Below are positions 40,722 to 50,082 of a DNA stretch of 63,001 bases, piece after piece; the first letter of the stretch is position 1, and each line of letters starts with the position of its first letter. Location: contig CALCPD010000008.1 of NCBI GenBank assembly GCA_937897875.1, positions 1-63,001 of the forward strand. The letters are read 5' to 3'. The position numbers and the translations under genes were made by a program. This stretch comes from an uncultured Nitrosopumilaceae archaeon. Lineage in GTDB: Archaea > Thermoproteota > Nitrososphaeria > Nitrososphaerales > Nitrosopumilaceae. The notes under the pieces were generated by a model. That model worked only from the letters and a program-made list of their open reading frames with translations, was not told where the DNA came from and made no database searches.

Positions 40722-42079
40722 ATTTTTCCAAAATTTTCCATTATCAAACAAATGCACTTAGTAGTTTTCTTTAACAAATCAATTCTAGCAAATTCATTAG
40801 GAGAATGAATTCTTGAAAACATGTAAGTACTTCCAATTGAAATGCATGGAGATTTTAAAATATCAACAAAAGGATACATTGGACCAGTACCAGCATTTGA
40901 AACATTCAAAATGGAATTTCCAAAAGTTTTGTCAGCTGCATTCTTTACTTGAGATACAAAGGGATGTGAAGAGTCAGTCCTAGCTGCAGCTTCACCATGA
41001 AAAATTTTAATTTTTACATCATTAAATCCATGGGATTTTAGATGTTTTTTCAATCTAATAATTTGTTTTTTAGGATCCATTTTAGGAATCAATCTAAAAT
41101 CAATTTTCACTAAAGCTTCGGCAGGAAGAACAGTTTTAGCTCCATCTCCAGTATAACCAGAAACAAATCCTGCAATATTGCATGTAGCGTCACCAACTAA
41201 AGCCTTTTTTGCATCAAGATTTTTTTTATTACCTACAAAAGAATTAATTCCAAATTCTTTTTTGAATACATTTTGATCAAATGGTTCTTTCTTAATTAAT
41301 TCTAAATCTTTTTTAGAAAATGGAGTTACTTCCTTATACCAATCTTTGATAAGAATTTCCCCATTAGAATCTCTTAATGTCTTTACTGCATCAATTAATC
41401 TCCATGCAGGATTTTTAATCAATACAGCCAAACTAGAATGTGCATCCCTTACAGATTCCTTTACAGATAATTCAACAAATAGTAATCCCTTCATTCCAAG
41501 CCCAATGATAGGCCTATTTTTTGCATCAACATATCCAAATTCCCAAATTACACCATCGTTAGAGAATTTCTTTTTGTATTTTTGCAAATATTGCTCAATA
41601 TGGGCACTACCGGTTTCTTCTTCGCCTTCAATTAGAAATTTTATGTTACAAGGAACATCTCCAGTGGTAGCCAAACAAGCCTCAACTGCTTTAATTCTAG
41701 TAATTAATTCACCCTTATCATCAGTTGAGCCTCTTCCAAAAATTTTATTTCCTTTTCTCACTCCACTAAAGGGAGGATCATCCCACAAATCAAATGGTTC
41801 CACAGGTTGAACATCGTAGTGATTGTAAAACATCAAAGTTTTGTTAGGATTAGATTTTGATTTAATTTCAGCAAAGACAATTGGAGCTACACCTTTTTTT
41901 AATCTTAAAATTTCAGATTTAAGACCAGATGTTTTCAATAAGGATTTAACTAATTTTGCACATTCTTCAATACCTTCATTTTTTGCAGATATACTTGGTT
42001 GTTGTATCAGCTTTTGTAAATCAGAAATAAGATTATCCATGTGATGATCTACATGTTTTAATGCATTCATTCCAATCAC
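40718..42079 (-). CDS. M20 family metallopeptidase/deacylase
   Basis: YNHYDVQP, GRGSTDDKG, EGEEETGS, HSPNE. Confidence 0.92.
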   Translation of the reverse strand: MIGMNALKHVDHHMDNLISDLQKLIQQPSISAKNEGIEECAKLVKSLLKTSGLKSEILRLKKGVAPIVFAEIKSKSNPNKTLMFYNHYDVQPVEPFDLWDDPPFSGVRKGNKIFGRGSTDDKGELITRIKAVEACLATTGDVPCNIKFLIEGEEETGSAHIEQYLQKYKKKFSNDGVIWEFGYVDAKNRPIIGLGMKGLLFVELSVKESVRDAHSSLAVLIKNPAWRLIDAVKTLRDSNGEILIKDWYKEVTPFSKKDLELIKKEPFDQNVFKKEFGINSFVGNKKNLDAKKALVGDATCNIAGFVSGYTGDGAKTVLPAEALVKIDFRLIPKMDPKKQIIRLKKHLKSHGFNDVKIKIFHGEAAARTDSSHPFVSQVKNAADKTFGNSILNVSNAGTGPMYPFVDILKSPCISIGSTYMFSRIHSPNEFARIDLLKKTTKCICLIMENFGKI

Positions 42080-42951
42080 ACGATTTTATCAAAAGGTTTC
42101 ATTACATTTGGAATAAAATCAATTAAATCCATAGAAGTCATATGTAATCCTAATTTTTCTTGAACTTCTTTTCCAGCTAGACCACAAATAAAACTAGCAG
42201 ATGCTGCAGACTCCAAACTATTCCTATTCTTAGACAACAATCCAGCAACCAATCCAGACAATACATCACCAGTGCCCCCAACAGTCATTGCAGGAGTATT
42301 TTTTTCACAAAGGTATGTGTCAGTACCATTTGAAATAATGTCAGTAGTACCTTTTAACAAAATTGTTACAGCATGATCAAGTGCATGTTTTTCAACCAAC
42401 TGTATACGTTCATTTTTAGAATCTGATGGAATATCCCCAAATAATCGCTTAAATTCTCCAGCATGAGGAGTTACTACAACATTTTTGTTAGCTAAAAGGG
42501 GTAAAACTTCAGGAATTAAGGCGCTAGCATCTAATGACAATCTAACATCCCTATCCAACAAAGATTCAACAAGATAAAGTAAAGAATTTTTTTCTTGTAT
42601 TGCAAGACCCATTCCAATTGTTGCAGAATGTAATTTACGAGGTAACGCTCCAACAAGTTTCTTAACAGCACCAAGAGTCAATTTTTGATCAACTAAAGGA
42701 ATTACAATTAGATTGGGAGAGATTGCGCGAGTTGGAGTTACGTTGATTTTTGGAACAGAAGTATAAACTAAATCAGTTCCACATCTAAGTGCAGCAAGGG
42801 AAGACAGTATAGGAGCCCCATGGTAAATGTAACTTCCACCAATAACAAGTACAATTCCATTATCGCCTTTTCTAGATGCAGATTTTCTTGCAGGTATAAA
42901 ATTTTGAACTATTGAAGAAGAAAGAATTTGCGGTTCCAACATACTACCCAA
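42076..42951 (-). CDS. nnrD: ADP-dependent NAD(P)H-hydrate dehydratase
   Basis: KGDNG.VLVIGGS..YHGAP, TPHAGEF, GGTGDVLSG. Confidence 0.92.
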   Translation of the reverse strand: MGSMLEPQILSSSIVQNFIPARKSASRKGDNGIVLVIGGSYIYHGAPILSSLAALRCGTDLVYTSVPKINVTPTRAISPNLIVIPLVDQKLTLGAVKKLVGALPRKLHSATIGMGLAIQEKNSLLYLVESLLDRDVRLSLDASALIPEVLPLLANKNVVVTPHAGEFKRLFGDIPSDSKNERIQLVEKHALDHAVTILLKGTTDIISNGTDTYLCEKNTPAMTVGGTGDVLSGLVAGLLSKNRNSLESAASASFICGLAGKEVQEKLGLHMTSMDLIDFIPNVMKPFDKIV

Positions 42952-42997
42952 TTATTACATGAATAAATATTGTTTTCAAGTGTAAATAGAGATTAAA

Positions 42998-43888
42998 CTA
43001 TTTTTTTGTTATTTTTCGAGTAGTTTTTGCTTTAGTTGCAGTTTTTGCTTTAGTTGCAGTTTTTGCTTTAGTTGCAGTTTTTGCTTTAGTTGCAGTTTTT
43101 GCTCTACGTGTTCCAAAAAATGCTTTTCTTGCAAAACACAAGTAAGTAGTATGACCAATTCCTTGGAAAGAATGTCTTGTTTTTCCCTCTCTAGCCTCAA
43201 TTGTTCTTATGATATGTTCAGTGGATTCAATATCAGTGAATTCATTCTCGACTAATGCCATAGTCAATTTTTCTAATTGATTCATGGTTGGACATATTGC
43301 AAAAATAGAACCACTACCCTTCAACATCTGTCTCACTTTAGGAATAACAATCCAAGGATCACCAAGATCAATTAATGCAACATCCATATCAGTAACTGGA
43401 GTGTCTTTAGAAGTTTTCAAATCCAAATTATGTTGACTGACATATTTAGAAACACCAGCTCTGCGAATATTTTTTTCTGCAATTTTCATAAATTTTTCAT
43501 CAACATCAAAAGTGTAAACATGTCCACGAGGTTTTACAATACTTGCAACAAAAGAAGTCAGTGAACCACTTCCAGTTCCAATTTCAAGTATTTTTTGACC
43601 ATCTTGAATTCCTGCACGTGCAGCAATATAGCCAAGATCCTTTGGATAAACAATTTGAGTACCATGTTGAATTTTCATAATATAATCATACATTGTGGGT
43701 TCAAGCAAGTACACGTACTTGTCTTTATTTGTCATTAATCTAGAACCATATTCTTTTCCAATGGCATCAGCGTGTTTAAGAACACCAATGTGAGTATGAA
43801 GTGACTCTTTTTTTGAAATATTCATTAACCATTTTTTAGAATTATTATAGAAAAATAAAACAGGAGATTTATTTTTAATTATTGCCAT
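42998..43888 (-). CDS. trmI: tRNA (adenine-N1)-methyltransferase
   Basis: TQIVYPKD, EIGTGSGSLT, D..PW, GHT.YL; KTATKA repeat tail. Confidence 0.92.
   Translation of the reverse strand: MAIIKNKSPVLFFYNNSKKWLMNISKKESLHTHIGVLKHADAIGKEYGSRLMTNKDKYVYLLEPTMYDYIMKIQHGTQIVYPKDLGYIAARAGIQDGQKILEIGTGSGSLTSFVASIVKPRGHVYTFDVDEKFMKIAEKNIRRAGVSKYVSQHNLDLKTSKDTPVTDMDVALIDLGDPWIVIPKVRQMLKGSGSIFAICPTMNQLEKLTMALVENEFTDIESTEHIIRTIEAREGKTRHSFQGIGHTTYLCFARKAFFGTRRAKTATKAKTATKAKTATKAKTATKAKTTRKITKK
43022..43103. repeat. 18-nt tandem repeat (about 4.5 copies) encoding AKTATK
   Basis: AGTTTTTGCTTTAGTTGC repeated perfectly four times plus a partial copy. Confidence 0.9.
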
Positions 43889-43943
43889 ATGAATTTTCTA
43901 AAAATTTAAGATAAGAATCTTTGTCCACAACTAGAAGAATAGA

Positions 43944-44090
43944 CTATGCAGTTATCCAATTAATCATTTTTTCACTTATTGATTGGATTGTAGGCATTAT
44001 TGCATCATTAATGGTTTGAGCAACTTCAGGAAATGCGACTGAAAATATTATTCCAATAATTATTCCAATTATTACAGAAATCTTACCCAT
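43944..44090 (-). CDS. 48-aa single-TM protein (not in ORF track)
   Basis: MGKISVIIGIIIGIIFSVAFPEVAQTINDAIMP... Confidence 0.5.
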   Translation of the reverse strand: MGKISVIIGIIIGIIFSVAFPEVAQTINDAIMPTIQSISEKMINWITA

Positions 44091-44156
44091 AATACAGGAT
44101 TAAGGGGATGTGAAATAATAGTATATGTGACTGGTGTCAACAGCATACTGAAAAAA

Positions 44157-44393
44157 TTATCTGCTTCTTTTAATTGAAATAATTCCACTAAGCAAAATTA
44201 TTGATCCAAAAATTGTCAAAAATAAAGTAAGTAGTCCAACAAAGGACAAAGTGCCAACAACAGGAAGATGAATCCAGGGCTCATGCATAGTAGGATCATT
44301 TAATGATTCAGATGGAAACAATCCTGAAAATAATAAAACATCTAAAATTAGAATTACAGAACCAAAAAATAGTAAATTACCACCTAGACTCAT
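44157..44393 (-). CDS. Small two-TM protein
   Basis: Two hydrophobic helices. Confidence 0.55.
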   Translation of the reverse strand: MSLGGNLLFFGSVILILDVLLFSGLFPSESLNDPTMHEPWIHLPVVGTLSFVGLLTLFLTIFGSIILLSGIISIKRSR

Positions 44394-44603
44394 TACAACA
44401 TATCATGAATTAGTTAGGTTGATTAACTTTTTTGATAAAAATTTGAATAAAACCAACAAACATCAATTCAGATAAAAATAAAAAGAATGAAAAAATAATT
44501 GCATTATGGATACGTTAGATTATTTGATTAAGCAAGATGACCAAATATCCCAATCAATGCCAGAATGTGAAAATATTAACAGAGATGGGGAAGAAGAAGA
44601 TAA

Positions 44604-45350
44604 TTAAACTAAATTATAAAAATCAATTTTAGGTGTAAAAATTACAAATTCTTTCACCATATTAAATAGAAATATTTCAGAATCAACTTTAGTTCCAAAC
44701 ATCAAAGGATACTTTTGCATATGATCTAAAAGAATTTTTTTTTCAACAGATAATTCATCATCTCCTCGTATTTCTTTAAAAATATCAATTAATTTTTCTT
44801 TTTTATTATTAAGAGGATGAGGTCGCCCATAGGCATCTTTAGTCAATAGGCTATGATCAATTTTAGGAACATCCAACCCAAGAAATTCAAAAGATCGTTT
44901 ATCAATTCCTTGTTTAATTAATTCTTGATTTATCCTAGTAGAAAATGAAATTAAATCTTTTTTATGATTTACAGGTAAATTAGATAATTCGATCAAATCT
45001 AATAATTTTTTTCTATCAATTAATGCAACATTCTTGATTTTGGCCAATTGTTTTGCTGAAGAAATAAATTTGTTATTAGTTACAACTATAGCTAATTGTG
45101 CATGATATTTTTTTAAAGAATCTAATGCTCTTTGAACAGATGTGAAATTTAATTCAGATTCAGAACGTTTAGCTTGAACTGCAATTCGATGTTCGCCTTG
45201 TTGTAACATCATGTCACAACCATGATCTTTTGAACGATTAGTTATAGTTGTAGAATAACCTAATTTTTCAAATAATTCCACCATAAATATTTCAAATTCA
45301 CGTCCAGTGGTATTATCAATTAGAGATAAATCACATGAAATTTCAACCAT
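44604..45350 (-). CDS. Mrr-like restriction endonuclease domain protein
   Basis: GREFE......LGY.......DHGCD......AVQAKR...VTN..F...A. Confidence 0.85.
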   Translation of the reverse strand: MVEISCDLSLIDNTTGREFEIFMVELFEKLGYSTTITNRSKDHGCDMMLQQGEHRIAVQAKRSESELNFTSVQRALDSLKKYHAQLAIVVTNNKFISSAKQLAKIKNVALIDRKKLLDLIELSNLPVNHKKDLISFSTRINQELIKQGIDKRSFEFLGLDVPKIDHSLLTKDAYGRPHPLNNKKEKLIDIFKEIRGDDELSVEKKILLDHMQKYPLMFGTKVDSEIFLFNMVKEFVIFTPKIDFYNLV

Positions 45351-45420
45351 ATTCTGAATTTATCTATCGGGTATTAATTTCATTTTGACTTATTAATAGC
45401 AAATAAAAAACATAATCAAG

Positions 45421-45741
45421 TTGACAGAAATTCAATTAGCTGGTTCAGGAGGATGGGTTAATGCAGATTTAACAGATGAACAGGTAACTAAATCAAAACT
45501 TGTTCCAAATATGGATAAACATTTTTTAGCATCACTCGAAAAACTAGATACTGCAAAAATGAAAAAGCATTTTTGTAAACAATGTAATTCAGAATTTGAA
45601 GGTCCAACCAAAATACAGGTTGAAGAGAGTCCAAACGAGGCAGTTGCAGATGGATTAACTTTGATTGAAAGAGGACAATACACATGTCACCAATGCAATT
45701 CAATCATTGGAGAATATCGTGTTTTTCAAAAAAGTGAGTAA
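45421..45741 (+). CDS. Zinc-ribbon hypothetical protein
   Basis: FCKQC...YTCHQC. Confidence 0.75.
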   Translation: MTEIQLAGSGGWVNADLTDEQVTKSKLVPNMDKHFLASLEKLDTAKMKKHFCKQCNSEFEGPTKIQVEESPNEAVADGLTLIERGQYTCHQCNSIIGEYRVFQKSE

Positions 45742-45819
45742 CTAACATTACTAAAAAAATACTCACAAGTTTCAAAATCAAATCGTATTCAATAAATACC
45801 GCAATTTTTTAGCAATATT

Positions 45820-45957
45820 ATGGCAAATATGAAATGCGTATCATGTGGAATTGGTTTTTTCTCACCAACAGGTTCAGAAAAATGTTCTAAATGTGCAGGA
45901 AAAGAATCTCAAGGTAGTGAAGGTCACGATTCTTGCGGCTGTGGACACAGTCATTAA
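45820..45957 (+). CDS. 45-aa Cys/His-rich metal-binding protein (not in ORF track)
   Basis: MANMKCVSCG...KCSKCAG...GHDSCGCGHSH. Confidence 0.7.
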   Translation: MANMKCVSCGIGFFSPTGSEKCSKCAGKESQGSEGHDSCGCGHSH

Positions 45958-46004
45958 TTATTTTTTTTTAATCAAAAATATAACTAGTAAAAAAAAGACA
46001 AATT

Positions 46005-46517
46005 ATGACAAAAACATCACTAGAAATGAAAAAATTAGTTGAAGAATTTATCAAAATTACTAATGTAAAATATGAAGATCAAACAGATAAAATCAAAGAA
46101 AAAAGCGATTTAATTGATTGGCAATTTCATGTGGGTACAAATGTAATTTTCAGTAAGAATGCAAATAGAGAAGACAGAATACATGTTAATGTCAACATGA
46201 GATTTCCTCCAGAAGATTCAAAATTACTAGTTAGTAAAAATCCATCATTTTCAAAAGCAGTTATGGAAATTAGTGAAATTTGTGCAATTTGTAATATTGG
46301 TCATCAATGGATTAAAAATGGGGAAACAATAGCAGGTTTGGCAATATTTTCACATATAGACGAAGATAACTTAAACAGAGTTTCAGTTCACAATGTTTGG
46401 GATAACGTAGCTAGAGTTTCAGTACATGTTCAAAAAATCCTACGATCAAATTTTAGTAATTTCTCATCTAAAAACAACTTATCAGATGAAACAATGGATA
46501 AATCCATGTATAGATAA
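46005..46517 (+). CDS. Hypothetical protein (possibly DUF2299-like)
   Basis: 170-aa ORF ending in MYR, similar to archaeal DUF2299 proteins. Confidence 0.6.
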   Translation: MTKTSLEMKKLVEEFIKITNVKYEDQTDKIKEKSDLIDWQFHVGTNVIFSKNANREDRIHVNVNMRFPPEDSKLLVSKNPSFSKAVMEISEICAICNIGHQWIKNGETIAGLAIFSHIDEDNLNRVSVHNVWDNVARVSVHVQKILRSNFSNFSSKNNLSDETMDKSMYR

Positions 46518-46586
46518 AATATAAAAAATGAGATTTTTAAAACATACCAAAATATACATACACGAGTTTAATGAGGAATAAGTGAA

Positions 46587-46886
46587 ATGATTTCATTTGA
46601 ACATAGAGTAGTAAGTGAATATAAAATAAAAATATCAAAAGTAGATACATTAGCTAAATCCATTATGAACCACAGAGAACCTAAAAGTACTGAAGCAAAA
46701 GAAGCATCAGAATTTTTAGATGTGTTAGTTAACGAAATAGATGGATTCTATAAAGAACACAGTGAGATTTTATCAAAGAATGGTAAAAGACCACATGCAC
46801 GCTCTCGTTTACCTGAAACTAAACAATGGGTTGATAACATTGAAAGATTTTATGAATTAAATCCACGAAGAAGACCCAGAAAATAA
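46587..46886 (+). CDS. Hypothetical protein
   Basis: 99 aa; GKRPHARS and NPRRRP motifs. Confidence 0.7.
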   Translation: MISFEHRVVSEYKIKISKVDTLAKSIMNHREPKSTEAKEASEFLDVLVNEIDGFYKEHSEILSKNGKRPHARSRLPETKQWVDNIERFYELNPRRRPRK

Positions 46887-46895
46887 TCCAAGGTT

Positions 46896-47051
46896 TTATG
46901 AAGGTAATAACTGCCAGTCATTTTTTCCACATTTACACTGTTTCCCATATGCGATTATGTAATCCATGTATTCTAAATCAGTACAAGGCCCTTGATCAGG
47001 AATTATGACTTTTGAAGTGCATTTCCTACATTTTGCAATAAAACTATCCAT
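46896..47051 (-). CDS. 51-aa zinc-finger protein (not in ORF track)
   Basis: MDSFIAKCRKC...QCKCGKNDW. Confidence 0.6.
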   Translation of the reverse strand: MDSFIAKCRKCTSKVIIPDQGPCTDLEYMDYIIAYGKQCKCGKNDWQLLPS

Positions 47052-47090
47052 AATAATAAACATAAAATCAATAATTAAAATTTAAGAGAA

Positions 47091-47492
47091 TCAAAAATTT
47101 TGAGATTCAACAAATTCAACGATTGAAAGGATCTCCCCCATTTCTACAAGATGACCATAACTTGTATTTTTTGCATTTTTCATAGGTTTGTTACTAACAC
47201 TAATGAAAAGCATATTGCCATCAGAAAGTGGAATAGTAATTCTTTTAATTTTTGCATAGGATGTTATTGAATACATGCCATTACCAATATGTTCAACAGC
47301 AGAACTATAGTTATCCCATTCAGATCTTGAACGAGACATAGTATTCTTTGTTTTTTCTATAGGAACAATGTTTGAAACACCATTTCTTTGGCTATTCCAT
47401 AATAATTGACCACTTCCATCAGATACAGCTGCAAAGCGAACAGATTCATTAAAATCCATTATCATATTCAAAAGTTGTTCGTATTTATCCAT
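47091..47492 (-). CDS. Roadblock/profilin-like small domain protein, paralog 1
   Basis: VRFAAVSD.SG.LLW...G...Y.ITSY.KIKRITIPL. Confidence 0.65.
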   Translation of the reverse strand: MDKYEQLLNMIMDFNESVRFAAVSDGSGQLLWNSQRNGVSNIVPIEKTKNTMSRSRSEWDNYSSAVEHIGNGMYSITSYAKIKRITIPLSDGNMLFISVSNKPMKNAKNTSYGHLVEMGEILSIVEFVESQNF

Positions 47493-47542
47493 CAATTGTC
47501 TAAAGAGATTTTACTTAATATAATATTCGAAATTTAAAATTC

Positions 47543-47551
47543 TAGTGCCAA
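47543..47551 (-). promoter_or_regulatory. Regulon box for the 47091-47492 gene
   Basis: TAGTGCCAA; about 19 nt from TTATATTA (47516-47523); 51 nt from ATG. Confidence 0.8.
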
Positions 47552-47570
47552 ATAATTTATCAAAAAAGAG

Positions 47571-47978
47571 TTACTCTTCAAAAGTATTTACAAAGTCAAC
47601 AATAGACATAATTTTACCCATTTCTACATAACGACCATAGCTTTTTGTTTTTGTTTTCTTAAGCGGAGTGTTATCAACATATACCATTAACAAATGAAAT
47701 GCATCAAGGGGAACTGTAACTTGTTTGATTTTTTCAAATGATGCTATATGATAAAAGGCACGACCAAGGTCATCAGAATCTTCAATTTTACACCTAGTAA
47801 TCCAGTCAGCAGATTCACGAACCAAGGTTTTTTTAATTTCAGGTAAAGGAACTTGGACTTTAGAATCATCACGAATAGTATTCCATAAAATATTTCCAGA
47901 AGTATCACTAATAGCAGTGAACATAATTGTTTGATCATAATCCATCAACATATGAAGAAGTTTTTCGTATCTTGACAT
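47571..47978 (-). CDS. Roadblock/profilin-like small domain protein, paralog 2
   Basis: Aligns with 47091-47492, including C-terminal SYG..VEMG.I.SIV.FV. Confidence 0.65.
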   Translation of the reverse strand: MSRYEKLLHMLMDYDQTIMFTAISDTSGNILWNTIRDDSKVQVPLPEIKKTLVRESADWITRCKIEDSDDLGRAFYHIASFEKIKQVTVPLDAFHLLMVYVDNTPLKKTKTKSYGRYVEMGKIMSIVDFVNTFEE

Positions 47979-48031
47979 ATCATAAATACCATATTTCTAG
48001 AATAAAAACAATTGTTTAGATTAAAAAATAA

Positions 48032-48040
48032 TTGGCACTA
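48032..48040 (+). promoter_or_regulatory. Regulon box for the DICT-photolyase operon
   Basis: TTGGCACTA; 20-nt gap to TTTATAAC (48061); 51 nt to ATG 48091. Confidence 0.85.
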
Positions 48041-48090
48041 GATTTTCTCAATAAAATTAATTTATAACTGATTTCATAATCATATACATC

Positions 48091-48645
48091 ATGGATAACC
48101 CCTATGGAGATTTTGTACATGAAGTGTGGGAAGAATTCCCACAACTAGCAGAATGGCATAATTTAGATAATGACATTTTACCAATTTGGAAACTAGAGCA
48201 ATTCATTGAAGCTGGTTATCATAATTTTGATGCAGACAGAAAACCACTTTATCATCTCAGTAGAATGATTGAAAATTATGCACAAGAGCACAAGGAACCA
48301 CTGTTAGCTACATTTGAAAAAATTGCAAAATTCTCTTATGTTAAAGAAAGATATCAGAAGATGGTCAAGGATATGCCAAAAGTGTGGATAATTGCGGATT
48401 TTGATGACGAGGTAATACCTACGGATGTAGTAATACCAAACTCAGAATTTCTAAGCTGCAGTAATACCAATTTAGCAAATGTATGGACAGTTATCACAAG
48501 AGGACCATATGGACCATTTGGCTTAATCGCAGAAGAATATGAGGATGGTAAATTTAGAGGATTCTTCACACTTAATTCCAATGTATGCAGATACGCACTA
48601 AAAGTAATGGGAACAACATTGGACTCCAAATTTGATATTCAATAA
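48091..48645 (+). CDS. Stand-alone DICT sensory domain protein 1
   Basis: LYHLSRMIENYA...LLATFE...ERY...W.VI..GP..LIAE matches the DICT pattern. Confidence 0.7.
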   Translation: MDNPYGDFVHEVWEEFPQLAEWHNLDNDILPIWKLEQFIEAGYHNFDADRKPLYHLSRMIENYAQEHKEPLLATFEKIAKFSYVKERYQKMVKDMPKVWIIADFDDEVIPTDVVIPNSEFLSCSNTNLANVWTVITRGPYGPFGLIAEEYEDGKFRGFFTLNSNVCRYALKVMGTTLDSKFDIQ

Positions 48646-48667
48646 TTTTTAGAAATAAAAATACCTA

Positions 48668-50014
48668 ATGTATAAAAAATCATTATTCATTTTCCGTAGA
48701 GATTTAAGATTAGAAGATAACATAGGGTTGATTGAATCACTGCAAAATTCTATAGAAGTAATTCCATGTTTTATCTATGATGAAAATCTAATTAATAATT
48801 TAAAAGATTCAAAATTTAGATGGAATTTTCTTAATGAATCATTAACAGATTTAGATGTAGAATTAAAGAAAAAAGGAACAAGATTACAATTACTAGAAGG
48901 TAAGCCAGAGAAAGTAATAGAGAAAATAATTAAAAAACATAAAGTGGAAGCAATATTTTTAAATACAGATTTTACAAATTATTCACAAAAACGAGATGAG
49001 AAAATATATCAAACTTGTAAGAAAAATGAAATATCATTTCATAGTACATTAGACTTTTTACTTCATAATCCAAATGAAATAAAAACAAATGAAGGGTCAC
49101 CATACACAATTTATTCATTTTTCTATAAAAAAGCTAAGCAATTTCCAATCAGAAAGATTTCTAAAAATATTAAAAAGAATTATTCAAAAGAAATTATTTC
49201 TAACAGCGAAATAAGAAAAAATGAAATAAAAAATAATGAAATAATTGGTGGGCGAAAAGAGGCATTAAAAATTTTAAAACATCTAGACAAATTCAGAAAT
49301 TATGATAAAGTAAGAGATTTTCCAGAATTAAATCAAACAACAATGCTTGCAGCACATAACAAATTTGGAACAGTATCAATAAGAGAAGTTCATAACAAAA
49401 TAAAAGAAGAATTAGGCGTAGATCACACAATAATGGGGGAGATATACTGGCGAGAATTTTTCAGCTATATTTTATTCCATTTTCCATATTCACAAAAAAA
49501 ATCATTTAGAAAAAAATTTCAAAAAATACCATGGGCAAAATCAGAAGAATTATTCAAAAAATGGTGTGAAGGGAAAACAGGCTTTCCTATTGTTGATGCA
49601 GGAATGAGACAATTAAACAAAACAGGGTTCATGCACAATAGAGTCAGAATGATTGTGGCATCATTTCTAACAAAAGATCTACATATGGACTGGAAATTAG
49701 GGGAAAAATATTTTGGAGAAAAATTAATTGATTATGATCCTGCAGTTAATTCTGGAAATTGGCAATGGGCAGCGTCAACAGGATGTGATTCAGTACCATA
49801 TTTTCGAATTTTTAATCCGTGGAGACAACAAGAAAGATTTGATTTAGATTGTAAGTATATTAAAAAATGGGTTCCAGAATTGCAAAAAATGAAATCAAAA
49901 ACTATCCATGAATTATGGAAAGAATTTCCAGGTAATTTAGAGTATCCAAAACCAATACTAATACATAAAATCGAAGCAGATAAAACAAAATTAATTTTTA
50001 AGTTACAAAAATAA
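48668..50014 (+). CDS. phr: Deoxyribodipyrimidine photolyase (class I CPD photolyase/cryptochrome family)
   Basis: FRRDLRLEDN, WREFF, TGFPIVDAGMRQL..TGFMHNRVRM, DYDPAVNSGNWQW, FRIFNP. Confidence 0.95.
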   Translation: MYKKSLFIFRRDLRLEDNIGLIESLQNSIEVIPCFIYDENLINNLKDSKFRWNFLNESLTDLDVELKKKGTRLQLLEGKPEKVIEKIIKKHKVEAIFLNTDFTNYSQKRDEKIYQTCKKNEISFHSTLDFLLHNPNEIKTNEGSPYTIYSFFYKKAKQFPIRKISKNIKKNYSKEIISNSEIRKNEIKNNEIIGGRKEALKILKHLDKFRNYDKVRDFPELNQTTMLAAHNKFGTVSIREVHNKIKEELGVDHTIMGEIYWREFFSYILFHFPYSQKKSFRKKFQKIPWAKSEELFKKWCEGKTGFPIVDAGMRQLNKTGFMHNRVRMIVASFLTKDLHMDWKLGEKYFGEKLIDYDPAVNSGNWQWAASTGCDSVPYFRIFNPWRQQERFDLDCKYIKKWVPELQKMKSKTIHELWKEFPGNLEYPKPILIHKIEADKTKLIFKLQK

Positions 50015-50024
50015 ATGATTATAG

Positions 50025-50033
50025 TTGGCACTA
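50025..50033 (+). promoter_or_regulatory. Regulon box for DICT protein 2
   Basis: TTGGCACTA; 21 nt to TTATATAC (50055); 50 nt to ATG 50083. Confidence 0.85.
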
Positions 50034-50082
50034 TTTTAAAAAATTATCAGTGGATTATATACTCAGAGAAAAATAATCTAGT

